A DNA stretch of 64,000 nt from Okamejei kenojei (taxonomy: Eukaryota): NCBI GenBank assembly GCA_035221665.1, contig CM069142.1, positions 15,562,001-15,626,000 on the forward strand, written 5' to 3'. Made by a program: the position numbers and the translations under genes. The notes below the pieces were generated by a model that had not been told where the DNA came from, did not search any database, and saw only the letters and a program-made list of their open reading frames with translations. How positions within the stretch are numbered: the first letter of the stretch is position 1; each line of letters opens with the position of its first letter. Positions 62,745 to 64,000 of the stretch are shown in pieces.

Positions 62745-63128
62745 TCATAAGTGATAGGAGCAGAATTAGGCCATTCGGCCCATCAAGTCTACTTTGCCAT
62801 TCAATCATGGCTGATCTATTCTCCCTCTCAACCACATTCTCCTGCCTTCTCCCCAGAACCCTTGACGCCCGCACTAATCAAGAATCTATCTATCTCTCCC
62901 TTAAAAATATCCATTGACGGCCTCCACACCATTCTGTGGCAATGAATTCCACAGATTCACCACCCTCTGACTAAAGACATTTCTCCTCATCATCTACTTC
63001 ATAAAGGAACATCTTTTTATTCTGTTTCTGGCCCTAGACTCTCCCACTAGTGGAAATATCCTCTATCCAAGCCTTTCACTATTCGGTAAGTTTCACTGAG
63101 GTGTCCCCTCATCCTTCTAAACTCCAGC
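62745..63128 (-). mobile_element. CR1 3' fragment
   Basis: Reverse CR1 3' UTR (ggccattcggcccatc...catggctgatc...gaattccacagattcacc). Confidence 0.82.
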
Positions 63129-63718
63129 AAGTACATCAAACCTACTCTACAGGGAGAAATTTGGTGAAGCATATCCCACTGACCAGAGTTATGGGAATTG
63201 GATATTTTCCAGTACCATATAGCAATATTATTAATGCAACCACTTTGAGAGGCTGAATGGTTTGTTCCTTTGTTGGTGCACCAGGAGAAGCAGTCACAGA
63301 CTTATTAATTATTGTAAAAAACAATTAAATAGGAGAAACAGTTCTTCACTGAAAGGATGGTGAGGCAGTTGGATGGTGCACCAGAAGAGGGTGGGGGTGC
63401 GGAGATCCAACATTGGTGCCAAGCCTGTAATAACCATTACACAGTATCAAGTAATTCAGAAACATCCTGGTTTGTAACAAACAGTGATTTGTCAGGAAAA
63501 GGAAAGTGAAGGCATATTTTCATCCTGACTTAATTTGTTCCGATGTAATAAATCTATTTGATTTTTTTTTGTCTATAATGGAATAAGAATTCAAGGAGTT
63601 GAAGCTCTTAACTCCCTCTCAAAGTGATATCAGAGTTCACTCCTCCTGGAACCAGTGGCTATTATGATCAAAATAAAAGAACAGACTTACAGGAAAGAAA
63701 CTAGAAGCAAGTTCTTCT

Positions 63719-64000
63719 TTTGTTTAGTTTAGTTTAGTTCAGCGATACTGCACGGAAACAGGCCCTTCGGTCCACCGGGTCCGCACCGACCAGCGATCCC
63801 CGCACATTAAGACTACCCTACACACACTAGGGACAATTTATACCTATACCAAGCCAATTAACTGACAAACCTGTACGTCTTTGGAGTGTGGGAGGAAACT
63901 GTACAACTTGGAGGAACCCACGTGGTCACAGGGAGAACGTACGGACAGTGTACAGACAGCACCTGTAGTTGAGATCGAACCCGGGTGGCAAGTGATGCAA
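63719..64000 (-). mobile_element. V-SINE (HE1-like), runs off the end of the window
   Basis: (gttta)n tail, reverse V-domain, reverse B box gatcgaaccc. Confidence 0.85.

Overview
Vertebrate genomic DNA, most likely from a cartilaginous fish (skate or ray). This is inferred from the V-SINE/HE1-type SINEs, CR1 LINEs and Penelope-type repeats. The only host gene I can support is an intronless claudin-8-like CDS (4860-5531, - strand, CpG-rich). The rest is a dense, often nested set of mobile elements: (1) a two-LTR endogenous retrovirus (19982-27474, -) with a tRNA-Pro PBS, decayed gag and integrase, but no recognisable protease, RT core or env; (2) a related solo LTR and a second small solo LTR in the same poly-C tract; (3) a DIRS tyrosine-recombinase retrotransposon nested in a CR1; (4) a 2-kb non-autonomous Helitron filled with tandem repeats and inserted cleanly at A|T in a CR1; (5) an L1-clade LINE with a duplicated RT core; (6) CR1, Rex1/Babar and Hero LINE pieces; (7) Harbinger-type and 5-bp-TSD (hAT5-like) non-autonomous DNA transposons; (8) many Penelope-derived short units carrying minimal hammerhead-ribozyme-like cores with covarying stem II, some flanked by 11-15 bp direct repeats. 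Several repeat-free stretches carry PBX-HOX/MEIS motifs and are candidate enhancers. All family assignments come from motif recognition by eye; no database search was run.
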